Shown here: one piece after another, positions 50,952 to 61,067 of the stretch | Layout of the letters: every line of letters starts with the position of its first letter | Numbering within the stretch: position 1 is the stretch's first letter | Source: Limnothrix sp. BL-A-16 | GTDB lineage: Bacteria; Cyanobacteriota; Cyanobacteriia; CACIAM-69d | Direction of reading: 5' to 3' | Length of the DNA stretch: 64,000 bases | Assembly (NCBI GenBank): GCA_041937175.2 | Contig: CP166615.1 | Coordinates: 2,656,001-2,720,000 of the forward strand | Made by a program: the position numbers and the translations under genes | Notes under the pieces: model-generated | Database searches by the model: none | Told to the model about the DNA's origin: nothing | Seen by the model: the letters and a program-made list of their open reading frames with translations, nothing else

Positions 50952-51092
50952 CATGTTCAAGACCCAGTATTTAGGTCTTAGCACAGGATGACTTCCCAAG
51001 AGCTGGTGTATCATCCAGCAATTTTTCGGGGCGGTAACCGTTAGGATTAGCAGTGGTTTTCTCCTTGATGCATAGCAGATGCATGGTTGCCT

Positions 51093-51950
51093 ATGTCTTC
51101 GCTCGATCGCCCGTCTGAAATCCTGGAAGCTTTGCAGCGTTTGATCGATGTGGTAGCCCAGTTGCGCGATCCGGTGCGGGGCTGTCCTTGGGATTTGGCA
51201 CAAACGCCCGAAAGCCTCGTGCCTTATATCTTGGAAGAAGCTTACGAAACCGTGGCGGCAATTCGCAGTGGCGATCGCGCAGAAACGGCGGCGGAATTGG
51301 GCGATTTATTGCTTCAGGTGGTGTTGCAATCGCAACTGGCCAGCGAGGCGGGGGATTTTGATTTGGGACAGGTGGCCAACGGCATTGCTGATAAGTTGGT
51401 GCGTCGCCATCCCCACGTATTCGGCGAGGCCGAGGCCACCGATGCGGCGGCGGTGCATCGACAGTGGGAACAGATCAAGGCGGCAGAAAAGGGCGAGCCG
51501 ATCGACCAACCACCGCCCCTCAGCGCCAAGCTCGATCGCTATGTCAACCGCTTGCCGCCCTTGATGGCAGCCCTGAAGATGTCGGAAAAGGCAGCGGCAG
51601 CGGGCTTCGAGTGGGACAGCCTGGATGGGGTTTGGGAGAAGTTTCACGAGGAGTTGGCGGAACTGCAAGGGGCGATCGCCCAAGGCGACCCGGAACACCA
51701 GGCTTCGGAGTTGGGCGATTTGCTCTTCACGGTGGTGCAATTGGCCCGCTGGCAGGGCATTGATCCTTCAGCGGCGCTCCATGGAACCAATCAGCGGTTT
51801 GTGCAGCGGTTGCAAATGATGGAGGCCCTGAGCGATCGCCCCTTGGAACAGTACAGCCTTGAAACCCTGGAAGCCCTTTGGCAGAAGGCGAAGGCTCAAT
51901 TGGGCCAAGGATCCGGTCAAGGGTCAAGTGCTCAACATCAGAACTTGTAA
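51093..51950 (+). CDS. mazG: Nucleoside triphosphate pyrophosphohydrolase
   Basis: LRDP..GCPWD..QT, EEAYE, ELGDLLLQV, KLVRRHPHVF, second ELGDLLF. Confidence 0.96.
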   Translation: MSSLDRPSEILEALQRLIDVVAQLRDPVRGCPWDLAQTPESLVPYILEEAYETVAAIRSGDRAETAAELGDLLLQVVLQSQLASEAGDFDLGQVANGIADKLVRRHPHVFGEAEATDAAAVHRQWEQIKAAEKGEPIDQPPPLSAKLDRYVNRLPPLMAALKMSEKAAAAGFEWDSLDGVWEKFHEELAELQGAIAQGDPEHQASELGDLLFTVVQLARWQGIDPSAALHGTNQRFVQRLQMMEALSDRPLEQYSLETLEALWQKAKAQLGQGSGQGSSAQHQNL

Positions 51951-52202
51951 TTTCCCGATTGAGTTCAAAAACTGCCCATTGGGGCCACTGCCATTCAAAA
52001 AATCTGGAGCCAAAAAATCTAAAGCCAATCTGAAGTTATGGCCGGGATCAACGGAAGCGTCATGATCAGGGCGGGCGATTCCTGAAACCCGTGGCAGCAT
52101 GAGGATGTGGCCCCGATCGCGCGAAGGCGAGGCCACCCTCGCGGCCCCAAACGGGCCTCGGGGAGCTGTTTCGCCAGTGTGAGTTTCGCACTGCTCTCGG
52201 CC

Positions 52203-52460
52203 ATGTCCTACCATGTTTCCCTCCTCGGCCCCGTCAGCGGCCAAATTCAGCACTGTTCCGACTTGGATGGTTGGGTTCCTGAACCCGGCGATCGGTGGCA
52301 AAGTTTCCGTTGGGATCGGCGAACCCTCCGTCAACTGAGTGATCCGAACCTTGGCCGACAACAGTGGATTCAGTGGCTGGGCCACGCGGAGGCGGCCACG
52401 GCAGAAGCGGTGAAAAGCTTGATGGTGTTGGAAGGCTGGGATCGCTGCCAACACCCCTAG
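52203..52460 (+). CDS. Small hypothetical protein
   Basis: MSYHVSLLGPVSGQIQHC...; fills the mazG-gshB gap; no recognised motif. Confidence 0.4.
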   Translation: MSYHVSLLGPVSGQIQHCSDLDGWVPEPGDRWQSFRWDRRTLRQLSDPNLGRQQWIQWLGHAEAATAEAVKSLMVLEGWDRCQHP

Positions 52461-52488
52461 TCCTTCGGGGGGTTGGGCCGATGAAGCC

Positions 52489-53460
52489 TTACTGAGCTGG
52501 GGAATTTTTGGCCAACCAATCCAAGACCCGATCGCCCAAACGCACCCCATCGAGCCGATCGATCTCGCGCATTCCCGTGGGGCTGGTGACGTTCACTTCG
52601 GTTAAGTAGCCGCCGATCACATCAATGCCCACAAAGATCAACCCGTCGCGCTGGAGAGTGGGGGCCAAGGCGGCCGCAATTTCCCGATCGCGATCGGTCA
52701 CGGCTGCCCGCACGGCCGCCCCGCCCACGGCCATGTTGCCGCGAAACTCACTGCCGGTGGGAACCCGATTCACCGCCCCGATCGGCTCGCCATTCAACAA
52801 AATCACCCGCTTATCGCCGGCCTTGGCTTCCGGCAAAAACTGTTGCACCATCACCGGCACTTGACCCCGCAGGGTGCTGATTTCCACTAGCGAATTGAAG
52901 TTGCGATCGCCCGGCTCCAGGAACAAAATGCCCTCGCCCGCTTTGCCGCCCAAGGGTTTCAACACCGCCGCGCCCCGCCGCTCCACAAACGCCCGAATGA
53001 TTTCCCGATCGCTGGTGACGATCGTTTCGGGAATCACTGAAGTGAATTGCAGGGCGTACATTTTCTCATTGGCAGCCCGAATCCCGCTGGGACGGTTGAT
53101 GACCAGGGTTTTAGCCGGATTGACATAATCCAGCAAATAGGTGGCGTAAAGATAGGGCACGGTTACGGGCGGATCGGTGCGCATAAAAACCGCATCCATG
53201 GCCTCCAGAGGCTGCCACAGCGCTTCGCCCAAGCTGAACCAGTCTTCAACGGCTAACCAGCGTCCTTCGCCCAGGGTCACGGGGGCCAAGGTGACCGGCA
53301 ACAACTTGGCCCAGGCTTGGGAATCCCGCACACTCAGATCCGTGGCTTGGGTGATGAAAACCTGGTGGCCCGCCAGTTGGGCCGTTTCCATCAGGGCAAC
53401 ACTGGTGTCGTGGGTCGGATCCAGTCGTTCGATCGGGTCAATGATAAAAGCCAGTTTCAC
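52489..53460 (-). CDS. gshB: Glutathione synthetase
   Basis: MKLAFIIDP...HDTS, FMRTDPP, NEK, KPLGGKAGEG, GDKR, RGNMAVGG, TEVNVTSPTG. Confidence 0.97.
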   Translation of the reverse strand: MKLAFIIDPIERLDPTHDTSVALMETAQLAGHQVFITQATDLSVRDSQAWAKLLPVTLAPVTLGEGRWLAVEDWFSLGEALWQPLEAMDAVFMRTDPPVTVPYLYATYLLDYVNPAKTLVINRPSGIRAANEKMYALQFTSVIPETIVTSDREIIRAFVERRGAAVLKPLGGKAGEGILFLEPGDRNFNSLVEISTLRGQVPVMVQQFLPEAKAGDKRVILLNGEPIGAVNRVPTGSEFRGNMAVGGAAVRAAVTDRDREIAAALAPTLQRDGLIFVGIDVIGGYLTEVNVTSPTGMREIDRLDGVRLGDRVLDWLAKNSPAQ

Positions 53461-53557
53461 GAGGTGCTCCCGAATGTTGATTGAAGAATGGCGCTCATGA
53501 ATCTTGGTTCAAGCGCAGTTATGAGTCCAGCGCGTTCGATCGCCGTTTCCAAACCAC

Positions 53558-56500
53558 CTAGCGGGCCCCTAGCTCGCCCCGTTGCCAAGCGGCAAACAGT
53601 TGCTCAAAGGCTAGCCCCATCAGTGTTGAGTAGCGGCGACTGTCAAAGAAAACCGGGTTGGCCGCCATAGCCCGCTGGATGCGATCGCTCAAGGATTGCC
53701 GCCAGTCACGGTTTTTAGCCAACCGCACCGCCAATTGCAGATAGTCCGCCTCATCGGCCGCAATCAGCTCCGGAATGCGCAGCGATTGCAACAGGGCCGA
53801 GGCCATCCGCGATCGGAACGAAACCCCTTCCACCACCACGGGCGGCATTCCCACCAGCAACGGATCGATCGTGGAGTTCACCCCGGCAAAGGGGAACGAA
53901 TCCAAATAAACATCCCCCAACTTCAGACATTCGCGAATGTCAGCAATGGTGGGCAAGGGATTCAAAATCACCAGGCGCTGCGGATCCACACCCACGGCGG
54001 CCAAGTCCGATCGAAACCGATCGATGAACGGTTGCGCGGGATAATTTTGCCCCCAATTGGGATTGAACGGATAGAGCACCAACACCGAATCCGCCACCTG
54101 TGCCAGCAGTTTCACCCAGACCGATCGCAACTCCGGCACAATTTTGTTGAAATTGGCCCCGGACATATAAACCGTGGTTTGATCCGTGGCTCCCCAAGAA
54201 GCCCGCGAGGGTTGAATCGTCGCCGTTTGGGGCAACACGTCATAGTTAAAGGCATGGGCCGGCCCTTCAAGGGCCAACAGCTTTTCCGTGTAGCGCGCTT
54301 GGGCATCGGTCGTCTCCGTCAGCGACCCGGAAATATAGGCATCTACATGGGTCATCCCCGTGGTGACCGGTGCTGAGGTGGACATCACCTGCACTCGGGC
54401 CAGGCGCTGCACCGCCAACACCGTAATCGGATTGGTCACCATGGTGACATTCGTGCCAATCAACAGCAGATCCAGGTCATCGGCCCGCATCCGGGCCGCC
54501 TGTTGGGCCAAGCTCCCTTGCAAATGCACGAACTGATCGGCACGGCTGGCGCAATATTGCTCCAGGGGATGGCCGGTGGCAAAGACGCTATAGAGAATGA
54601 TCTCAAAGCGCGATCGATCTAAATATTCAAAGGCCGGCAGGGTGGTGAAGGTTTCCGTTTGGGGCGTGAAGTGATCCTTCAAAATCCCTACCCGCAGCTT
54701 TTGCCGCTGGGGATCCCTGGGCCCAAACCGATAATCGACCATTTCGCCCTGATCCTTCAGGGTTTTCGCAATCAGGAACGCTCGCTTGCGATAGATATCC
54801 GTTGGGCTGTCGGCAGTGAAATACAAAGGCGTAAAAGTGCCGCGATAGGCCAGCCAGCGGGCCAGTTTTTGGGAAACCTCATCTTCAGGACGCGTTTCGT
54901 TGGTGCGATAGACCTGGTTAGTCCAGCGGGTGATGTGCTGGGCAAAGCGATCGGCATCGCCCACCTCTTGAAAATAGAGGGGGGCTTCCTGCATGTAGAG
55001 GGCATAGGCCTCTAGGAACCATTGGGGCAAGTAGATCGCGCCATATTCCAAGGGCAATTGATAGGCCCGGCAATACATCATCAGGATGATGAAGTTGCGA
55101 AGCTGGCTCAGGGTTTTGATGCCGCCCTGGAGGCTGCTGATCAGGGGTTCAATGAACGATCGCTCGTCCGCGGTCCAGGGTTCATAGCGCAAGTCCGTTT
55201 CCACCAGGGCCTTGCTCGCTTGACCCAATCGGGCCAGGTAGGCCTCATCGAGGCGATCGAACGGAATTCGCAACCATTGTTCCGCCAATTGGCGACGGGC
55301 ATTTCGCAAGCGTTTGATCGCCTTGGGATCGGTGGAACGCTGGCGATAGGCGGCCACGGCCTGTTTCACCTCATTCACCAGGGGCACAAACAGCACCACC
55401 ATGGAAGCCAGAGGGGTAATCTCCCGCACTAGGGCTTGGGTCTCCTCGGTTGTGGCAGTGGTGGTAGTTGTGGCCAAGGGGGCGATCGGGGTCGGATCCG
55501 CCGGAGCGGTTGAGTCCGGGGCCTCGGGATCCATTTGCACCAGGCAGTTAATGACGGCCGAGCGGATCTCGATCGAGTCTTCACAACGGAGCGCTTCCCG
55601 CAGTTGGGTGATCGCCGTTTCCCAATCGGCCCGCTTCAGGCTGTCTTGGGCCACCCCGATCGCGTATTGGGCATAGTACTGGAGGGCACGGCGAGCCAAG
55701 CGATCGCGCCGATCGGCGGGGAGATAGGCTCGGGCCAAGTCAATGGCGCGGCGGGTGTCGGCAATGTTGGCCCCGGTGCGGGTGAGTTTGGAGGTGGTGG
55801 AGCCGTCATGCCGCCGAAACACCGCCAAGGGTTCTGGCTCAAACCACAGGCCCCAACGACTGGCTAGGCGCTGCCACATTTCCCAATCGGCCGCCGAGGC
55901 CGCCGCCGGGTCAAAGCCTCCCAATTCCTCATAGGCCGCACGACGCACCACGATCGCGGAAAATTGCACCCGTTGGCACTGGGCAATCCGATCGACCCAA
56001 TCACTCACCGGCCCAGCCGTTTCCCGTTCCAGTTCAGAAGTCCAAATAATCCGCCCTTGCTGATCGATATGGTGATGCCGACAGAGCACCATCCCCACCC
56101 GATCGCCCACCTGCTCGATCGCCCGGGTCATCCGCTCCACAAATCCCGGCAGCAATCCATCATCCTGGTGCAACAGCAGCACCCATTGGCCAGACGATCG
56201 GCTTAAACAATCCTGCCAATTGCCCAGCAGTCCTCGATTGTTCGGCTGACGAGTGTACAGCACCCGATCGCCTGCCATCCGCTGCACGATCGCCCGCACA
56301 TCCACCCGATCGGACGCATCATCCAGCACCTCGATCTGCATTCGATCGGCCGGCAGCGCCTGATCCAACACACTTTGCAGCGCGAGGGCAAATTGCTGCG
56401 GATCGGGGTTATAAACCGGCAGCATCACCGACCACAGGGGCCGCTCCGTTCCCGCTGATACCGGAGCCAGATGTGGCCGCTCGGATTTCAGCAGCCGATC

Positions 56501-59161
56501 CATATGTGTGGTCATCGCCCGAGCAATCTGTTGCGATCGGGAATGGAGCTGATCAAACCAGGGAGCCGCCACCAGCTTGTGATAAAACCGGCGAGCATCG
56601 GTTTCCAGCTCCTTTTCCGCCGAATTTAGCTGGGTCACCTGCTGGGCATGGATCCGCCGACTGGACAGGGGGCGGGAAATAAAGCCCACCTTATACTTGG
56701 CCAACAGTCGCAACCAAAGATCCAAATCCACCAATTGCTTCAGGGCCGGATCAAAACCACCCACGGCCAACAGGGCATCGGTACGCACCAAAACCGCGCT
56801 TGGTTCGCCAATTTTGTTAATTTGCCCCACCTTTTCCACGGGATCTACCGGATCCTGAAACAGCTTTTTTAGCTTGTCCAGCTTGGTTGGATCCGTGGGG
56901 GCCAGCAGCAGGCGCGGATCTCGCAATAGCTCCACCCCCGGTTGCACCGCCTGCAAGTGCGACCAACCATGGTGCAAGTTCTCACTGCCGGCCGCCAACC
57001 GTTGGGACGCGGGATCCTGGGCCGCCGATGGATCCAGCAACAAACGCCGGGGGGCAAACACCAGGGCAATTTCCGGGTCGCTTTCCGCCAGGGCCACCAT
57101 GGCCTTCAGACAGTCGCGATCGAGCAAATCATCCTGGTGCAAAAACTTCAGATATTTGCCCCGTGCAAACTCCGCACAGTGGTTCCAGTTGGCCACCATG
57201 CCCGCCCGCGGCCCCGCCACCAGTTGAATGCGTTGGGGATCCTGGGCCGCTGCGGTTTGCAGTTGCTCGATCGTCCCGTCGGTGGAACCATCGTCACTGA
57301 CAAACACTTCCAGGTGGGGATAGCTCTGCTGGAGCGCACTGGCCAGGGCTTCATCAATGTAGCGCCGTCCGTTATAGGTGGGAATGGCGATCGTGACGAG
57401 GGGCTGTTGGCTATGGATGGTTTGGGCCTGCAACCGTTCGTAGTCCCGGCGAAATCCCGGGCGATCGAGCAGACCGGCCAGGGCGGGACTATAGCAAAGG
57501 TCATAGCGCAACTGGAGATCCCACTTGGTTTCCAGAACCCGCAATGCTTCCTGGCGCTGGGTTTCCGGATCCGTGAGCTGATGTTGCCAAGCGAGGGGAT
57601 GGTGCTGGCGCAGGCGCGATTCGGGCACAAAGATATGGCGATAACCGGCCGATCGCAACTTCAAACAGAAATCTAAATCCGCCGCAAAAATGCCCAACCG
57701 TGGATCCACACCGCCCACCCGCGCCCAGGTCGATCGGCGGCAACACATCCCCGTCCAGCGAACGGCCGAAACGTTATTGGCCAGGTCTATGTGGGCCAAG
57801 TTGGCGTAGTTAGACACCTTGGTGTCCAAACCCTGATAAAGACAAAGCCCCTCGGGATTGAGGCCCAAGGTCAGGCCCGCCTGTTCAATGTGCTGCTCTG
57901 GATCCAACACCATGGGGCCAGCCACGCCAATGCGCGATCGCTGAACCTGTTCCACCAGCCGGGTTAACCAGGCGGTTCCCATCGGCTCCATGCTGTCTTC
58001 TAAAAACACCAGATAATCACCCCGGGCCTGTTGCGCCGCGTGATTGGCAGCAGCGGCCCAGTTGAAATCCTCACCGGGCAAGACCCGCAGCCGATCGGTG
58101 CCTAACTGGGTTTGCCACCGTTGCAGCACCTGCAAGAGGCCCGGCTCCGGTTGGGTGGTTCCCAACACCGCCAGCAACTCATAGGGGCCATAGTCCGTGT
58201 GGCGAACAATTCCGTTCAGGCAGCGATCGAGATCGGCGGGGCCATTACCCACAAAGATCAAAATGGAAACCAATTTGCGCTCAGCAATTTGGTAGCGCAT
58301 TCGATAGTGGCCTGGCCGTTTGGCGATGGTTTCCACTTGCCCCGGTTCCCCGCGCCGCTCGATCGCCTCCCGCAAAGCCTTTTGCGCCGCCTCGTAGGCA
58401 TAGGGCTTGGCTTCGGTGGAACCCGCCGCCGACCCGGAGTGAATCCGCCAGTGATAGAGCACTCGGGGAACGTGATAGACCCGATCGGTCTGCTCCGTAA
58501 ATCGCAGGGCCAAGTCATAGTCTTGGCTGCCCTCAAACCCCGCCCGAAACCCACTCACCTGGGTCAGGATCGATCGCCGGTAAACGGTCAAGTGGCAGAT
58601 ATACATCCGCGTCAAAAACGAGTCGGGACACCAGGCCGGCTTACAGGTGGGTTCCGACAAAATCCCCTTTTCGTCGATTTTGTCCTCGTCGGTGTAGATC
58701 ATGTCCGCATCGGGATGCAGTTGCAGCAGCGAGACCACCTCAAATAGGGCATCCGGCGTGAGCAAATCGTCATGATCCAGCAGAGCAACATATTCACCCG
58801 TCGCGATCTCTAGAGCAGAGTTGGAAGCGCGGGAAATATGACCGTTTTCGGGGCGGAAGGCGACTTTAATTCGCGGATCGCGCCGTTGATATTGCTCAAG
58901 CAGCGGCCGCATGTGGGGGGCGGTGGAACAGTCGTCCGCGATGCACAATTCCCAGTCTGGATAGACCTGAGCCAGCACTGACTCGATCGCCTCAATCAGC
59001 AGTTGCTCCGGTGTGTTGTAGGTGGGCATCACAATGCTGATGGTCGGCCGGTAGCGGAATCCTTGCCGCACCGTGGTGGCCATGCGATCGAGGTCGGCAG
59101 CGTTGGGCCGGTTCGCGATCGACCATTGGTGGTAGGTGCGCGGCGGGGAATTGTCGGCCAT
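53558..59161 (-). CDS. Giant multidomain glycosyltransferase: four GT2-type domains, a helical module and a GT41 (OGT/HMW1C-like) domain
   Basis: ISIVMPTYN..LDHDD; degenerate second GT2; VTIAIPTYN..LHQDD; WSVMLPVYN..LHQDD; C-terminal RLARVQ, PVTTG, GANFNKI, DVYLDSFPFAGVNSTID. Confidence 0.88.
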   Translation of the reverse strand: MADNSPPRTYHQWSIANRPNAADLDRMATTVRQGFRYRPTISIVMPTYNTPEQLLIEAIESVLAQVYPDWELCIADDCSTAPHMRPLLEQYQRRDPRIKVAFRPENGHISRASNSALEIATGEYVALLDHDDLLTPDALFEVVSLLQLHPDADMIYTDEDKIDEKGILSEPTCKPAWCPDSFLTRMYICHLTVYRRSILTQVSGFRAGFEGSQDYDLALRFTEQTDRVYHVPRVLYHWRIHSGSAAGSTEAKPYAYEAAQKALREAIERRGEPGQVETIAKRPGHYRMRYQIAERKLVSILIFVGNGPADLDRCLNGIVRHTDYGPYELLAVLGTTQPEPGLLQVLQRWQTQLGTDRLRVLPGEDFNWAAAANHAAQQARGDYLVFLEDSMEPMGTAWLTRLVEQVQRSRIGVAGPMVLDPEQHIEQAGLTLGLNPEGLCLYQGLDTKVSNYANLAHIDLANNVSAVRWTGMCCRRSTWARVGGVDPRLGIFAADLDFCLKLRSAGYRHIFVPESRLRQHHPLAWQHQLTDPETQRQEALRVLETKWDLQLRYDLCYSPALAGLLDRPGFRRDYERLQAQTIHSQQPLVTIAIPTYNGRRYIDEALASALQQSYPHLEVFVSDDGSTDGTIEQLQTAAAQDPQRIQLVAGPRAGMVANWNHCAEFARGKYLKFLHQDDLLDRDCLKAMVALAESDPEIALVFAPRRLLLDPSAAQDPASQRLAAGSENLHHGWSHLQAVQPGVELLRDPRLLLAPTDPTKLDKLKKLFQDPVDPVEKVGQINKIGEPSAVLVRTDALLAVGGFDPALKQLVDLDLWLRLLAKYKVGFISRPLSSRRIHAQQVTQLNSAEKELETDARRFYHKLVAAPWFDQLHSRSQQIARAMTTHMDRLLKSERPHLAPVSAGTERPLWSVMLPVYNPDPQQFALALQSVLDQALPADRMQIEVLDDASDRVDVRAIVQRMAGDRVLYTRQPNNRGLLGNWQDCLSRSSGQWVLLLHQDDGLLPGFVERMTRAIEQVGDRVGMVLCRHHHIDQQGRIIWTSELERETAGPVSDWVDRIAQCQRVQFSAIVVRRAAYEELGGFDPAAASAADWEMWQRLASRWGLWFEPEPLAVFRRHDGSTTSKLTRTGANIADTRRAIDLARAYLPADRRDRLARRALQYYAQYAIGVAQDSLKRADWETAITQLREALRCEDSIEIRSAVINCLVQMDPEAPDSTAPADPTPIAPLATTTTTATTEETQALVREITPLASMVVLFVPLVNEVKQAVAAYRQRSTDPKAIKRLRNARRQLAEQWLRIPFDRLDEAYLARLGQASKALVETDLRYEPWTADERSFIEPLISSLQGGIKTLSQLRNFIILMMYCRAYQLPLEYGAIYLPQWFLEAYALYMQEAPLYFQEVGDADRFAQHITRWTNQVYRTNETRPEDEVSQKLARWLAYRGTFTPLYFTADSPTDIYRKRAFLIAKTLKDQGEMVDYRFGPRDPQRQKLRVGILKDHFTPQTETFTTLPAFEYLDRSRFEIILYSVFATGHPLEQYCASRADQFVHLQGSLAQQAARMRADDLDLLLIGTNVTMVTNPITVLAVQRLARVQVMSTSAPVTTGMTHVDAYISGSLTETTDAQARYTEKLLALEGPAHAFNYDVLPQTATIQPSRASWGATDQTTVYMSGANFNKIVPELRSVWVKLLAQVADSVLVLYPFNPNWGQNYPAQPFIDRFRSDLAAVGVDPQRLVILNPLPTIADIRECLKLGDVYLDSFPFAGVNSTIDPLLVGMPPVVVEGVSFRSRMASALLQSLRIPELIAADEADYLQLAVRLAKNRDWRQSLSDRIQRAMAANPVFFDSRRYSTLMGLAFEQLFAAWQRGELGAR

Positions 59162-59290
59162 CGGAGTTGCGGGCTGGTTTAGGGTTTTGGGGCGATCGAG
59201 TCGAGAATAACGGTTTTCTGGAGCGGTTCCAAGTTGGTTACGGTTGATCGTGCGGATCAGTACTGATCAGCGTTGATCAGCTTTGATCGC

Positions 59291-61039
59291 TCAGGTCAAC
59301 GCGCCCAAACGATCGAGCAGTTGCACCAAGTCCGCCACCTCTACCCAAATATCTTCGTGATTGGCGACGGCCCGGGATTGTTCGATCGACAGACCCAGCC
59401 CCTCCGGGTCTGCCCCCAGCAAATAGCCGTAATGCAGGTGCATGTAATGGCTAATCACCCAAAACAAACCCGGGACGGATTTGGGCGAAAATAGCTCAAT
59501 CACGCGAGTTTCGGGCGCACAGAACACCAGGTTAATCAACCCAGCGCCGTGGGGCGCAACAATTACCTTAGCCCGCTGAAACAGCGCGATTTGCTCTGCC
59601 AAGGACAGACGACTGAGAACAATGGTTTGAAACCCGAGGGGTTCTAGGATGGCCAACAGGGCTTCCTCGTTGGCCACACGGCGATAGTTGGCATCTTGGC
59701 GGCTGATGTAGAGTCGATCGCCCCCCAGATTCGGGGCCGCTCCCTCGCCCAGCCCAGCAAAGTGATCGCACAAAAACTGACAGCCCCAACGCGGTGGCTT
59801 CCAGTTGCCGTAGCGACAGGCGATCGAGGGAACCACCAGGCGATCGGCTGTGAGATGCGGTTGCCAGGTACTCTCGATCGTTTTGTCAGCGGGAATACCC
59901 AGCCAATCAAGGGTTTCCTGCTGAAAGGGAGTCAGCGATCGGCTAAACACCACAAACCAATCGATTTTCGTCAGCCCCTCGGCACTGCGCCGCAACAACT
60001 CAAATCGCGGCAGAAAATCAATCATCCAGTGAAAATAATTGGTTCCCCCCGCGATCGGCAAAAACGCCACGGTTCCCGGTAGCGCTTTGCAGGGTGGCAA
60101 GGTTTCAGATGCCGCCACCAGGGCCGCGCTGTGGCCCGACAGATCATCCAACAGTCGCCCATCGGGGCCCATCACCACCGTATTGGACCAGTCACTCCAG
60201 GCCCGACCACCGGTAACCCAAGCCAGGTAAGGATTGAGATCATCGGCTCGATTGTCGTGCCAGATGGGATGGTCGTTGGGGCCAATCGTTGGGGGTGGTG
60301 GCAGAATCAGTCCCTTAGCCTGGGTTTCGAGGGTGATTAACTCCAGACGCACCGCCGGATGGGCAGCGGCAATGATTTCGCAAAAGGGCCTGTGAGGTGA
60401 AAAATCGCGCACCACCGTGGCAGGGATGGCGCGATTAAAACAATCCGTGGCTTCTCGAGGGCGATCGATCGCTTGCAAGAGATGACCCAATAACCCGTAA
60501 AGCGGCCACAGGCGAGGTTCTGCCTGTAATGCAGCCAGGGTGTGGGTGAGGATCGATCGCGTACGATCCAGGGCCAACCAGCGATCGGCCAGCCCGCGTA
60601 TGGCCGCCTCATCAATGACCAAGGGATGGCTCAGGTACAGTGCCTTCAATCGCTCGATTACCCACCCATCTTGATCCAGCTCGATCGCCGATCGGATCCA
60701 AGCCAAGTGCAAATCTGGACGGTGGGGCGCAAGGTCGATCGCTCGATCATAGGCAGCAATTGCCGCTTCCCCCTGATTCAGATCGCCGTAGAGCTTTGCC
60801 AACCGCCCCCACAGATCACCATCTTTTGGGTCGAGGGCGATCGCCCGCTCCCAAGCTGCGATTGCTGCCATCGGTTGTTCCCGAGCCACCAGCACCAACC
60901 CTAGCGCCCGATAGCCGTCCGGCCGCTCCGGTTCTGCGGCAATCCACCGCCGACAGGCGGCGATCGCCGTCGTCCAATTTCCCCGTTCAAAGGCTGCTTG
61001 GGCCTGCTGTTCAATGTCGCCTAGGGTCTGTTGACTCAC
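59291..61039 (-). CDS. TPR protein with C-terminal GT61 (DUF563) domain
   Basis: N-terminal TPRs; NYFHWMIDFLPR, LYISR....RR..NE, EQIALF..A..IVAPHGAGL.N..FC, VIELF. GTG 61039 follows a G-rich RBS. Confidence 0.88.
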   Translation of the reverse strand: MSQQTLGDIEQQAQAAFERGNWTTAIAACRRWIAAEPERPDGYRALGLVLVAREQPMAAIAAWERAIALDPKDGDLWGRLAKLYGDLNQGEAAIAAYDRAIDLAPHRPDLHLAWIRSAIELDQDGWVIERLKALYLSHPLVIDEAAIRGLADRWLALDRTRSILTHTLAALQAEPRLWPLYGLLGHLLQAIDRPREATDCFNRAIPATVVRDFSPHRPFCEIIAAAHPAVRLELITLETQAKGLILPPPPTIGPNDHPIWHDNRADDLNPYLAWVTGGRAWSDWSNTVVMGPDGRLLDDLSGHSAALVAASETLPPCKALPGTVAFLPIAGGTNYFHWMIDFLPRFELLRRSAEGLTKIDWFVVFSRSLTPFQQETLDWLGIPADKTIESTWQPHLTADRLVVPSIACRYGNWKPPRWGCQFLCDHFAGLGEGAAPNLGGDRLYISRQDANYRRVANEEALLAILEPLGFQTIVLSRLSLAEQIALFQRAKVIVAPHGAGLINLVFCAPETRVIELFSPKSVPGLFWVISHYMHLHYGYLLGADPEGLGLSIEQSRAVANHEDIWVEVADLVQLLDRLGALT

Positions 61040-61067
61040 GCCCCCTCCCAAATTTTGAGGCAGATCC

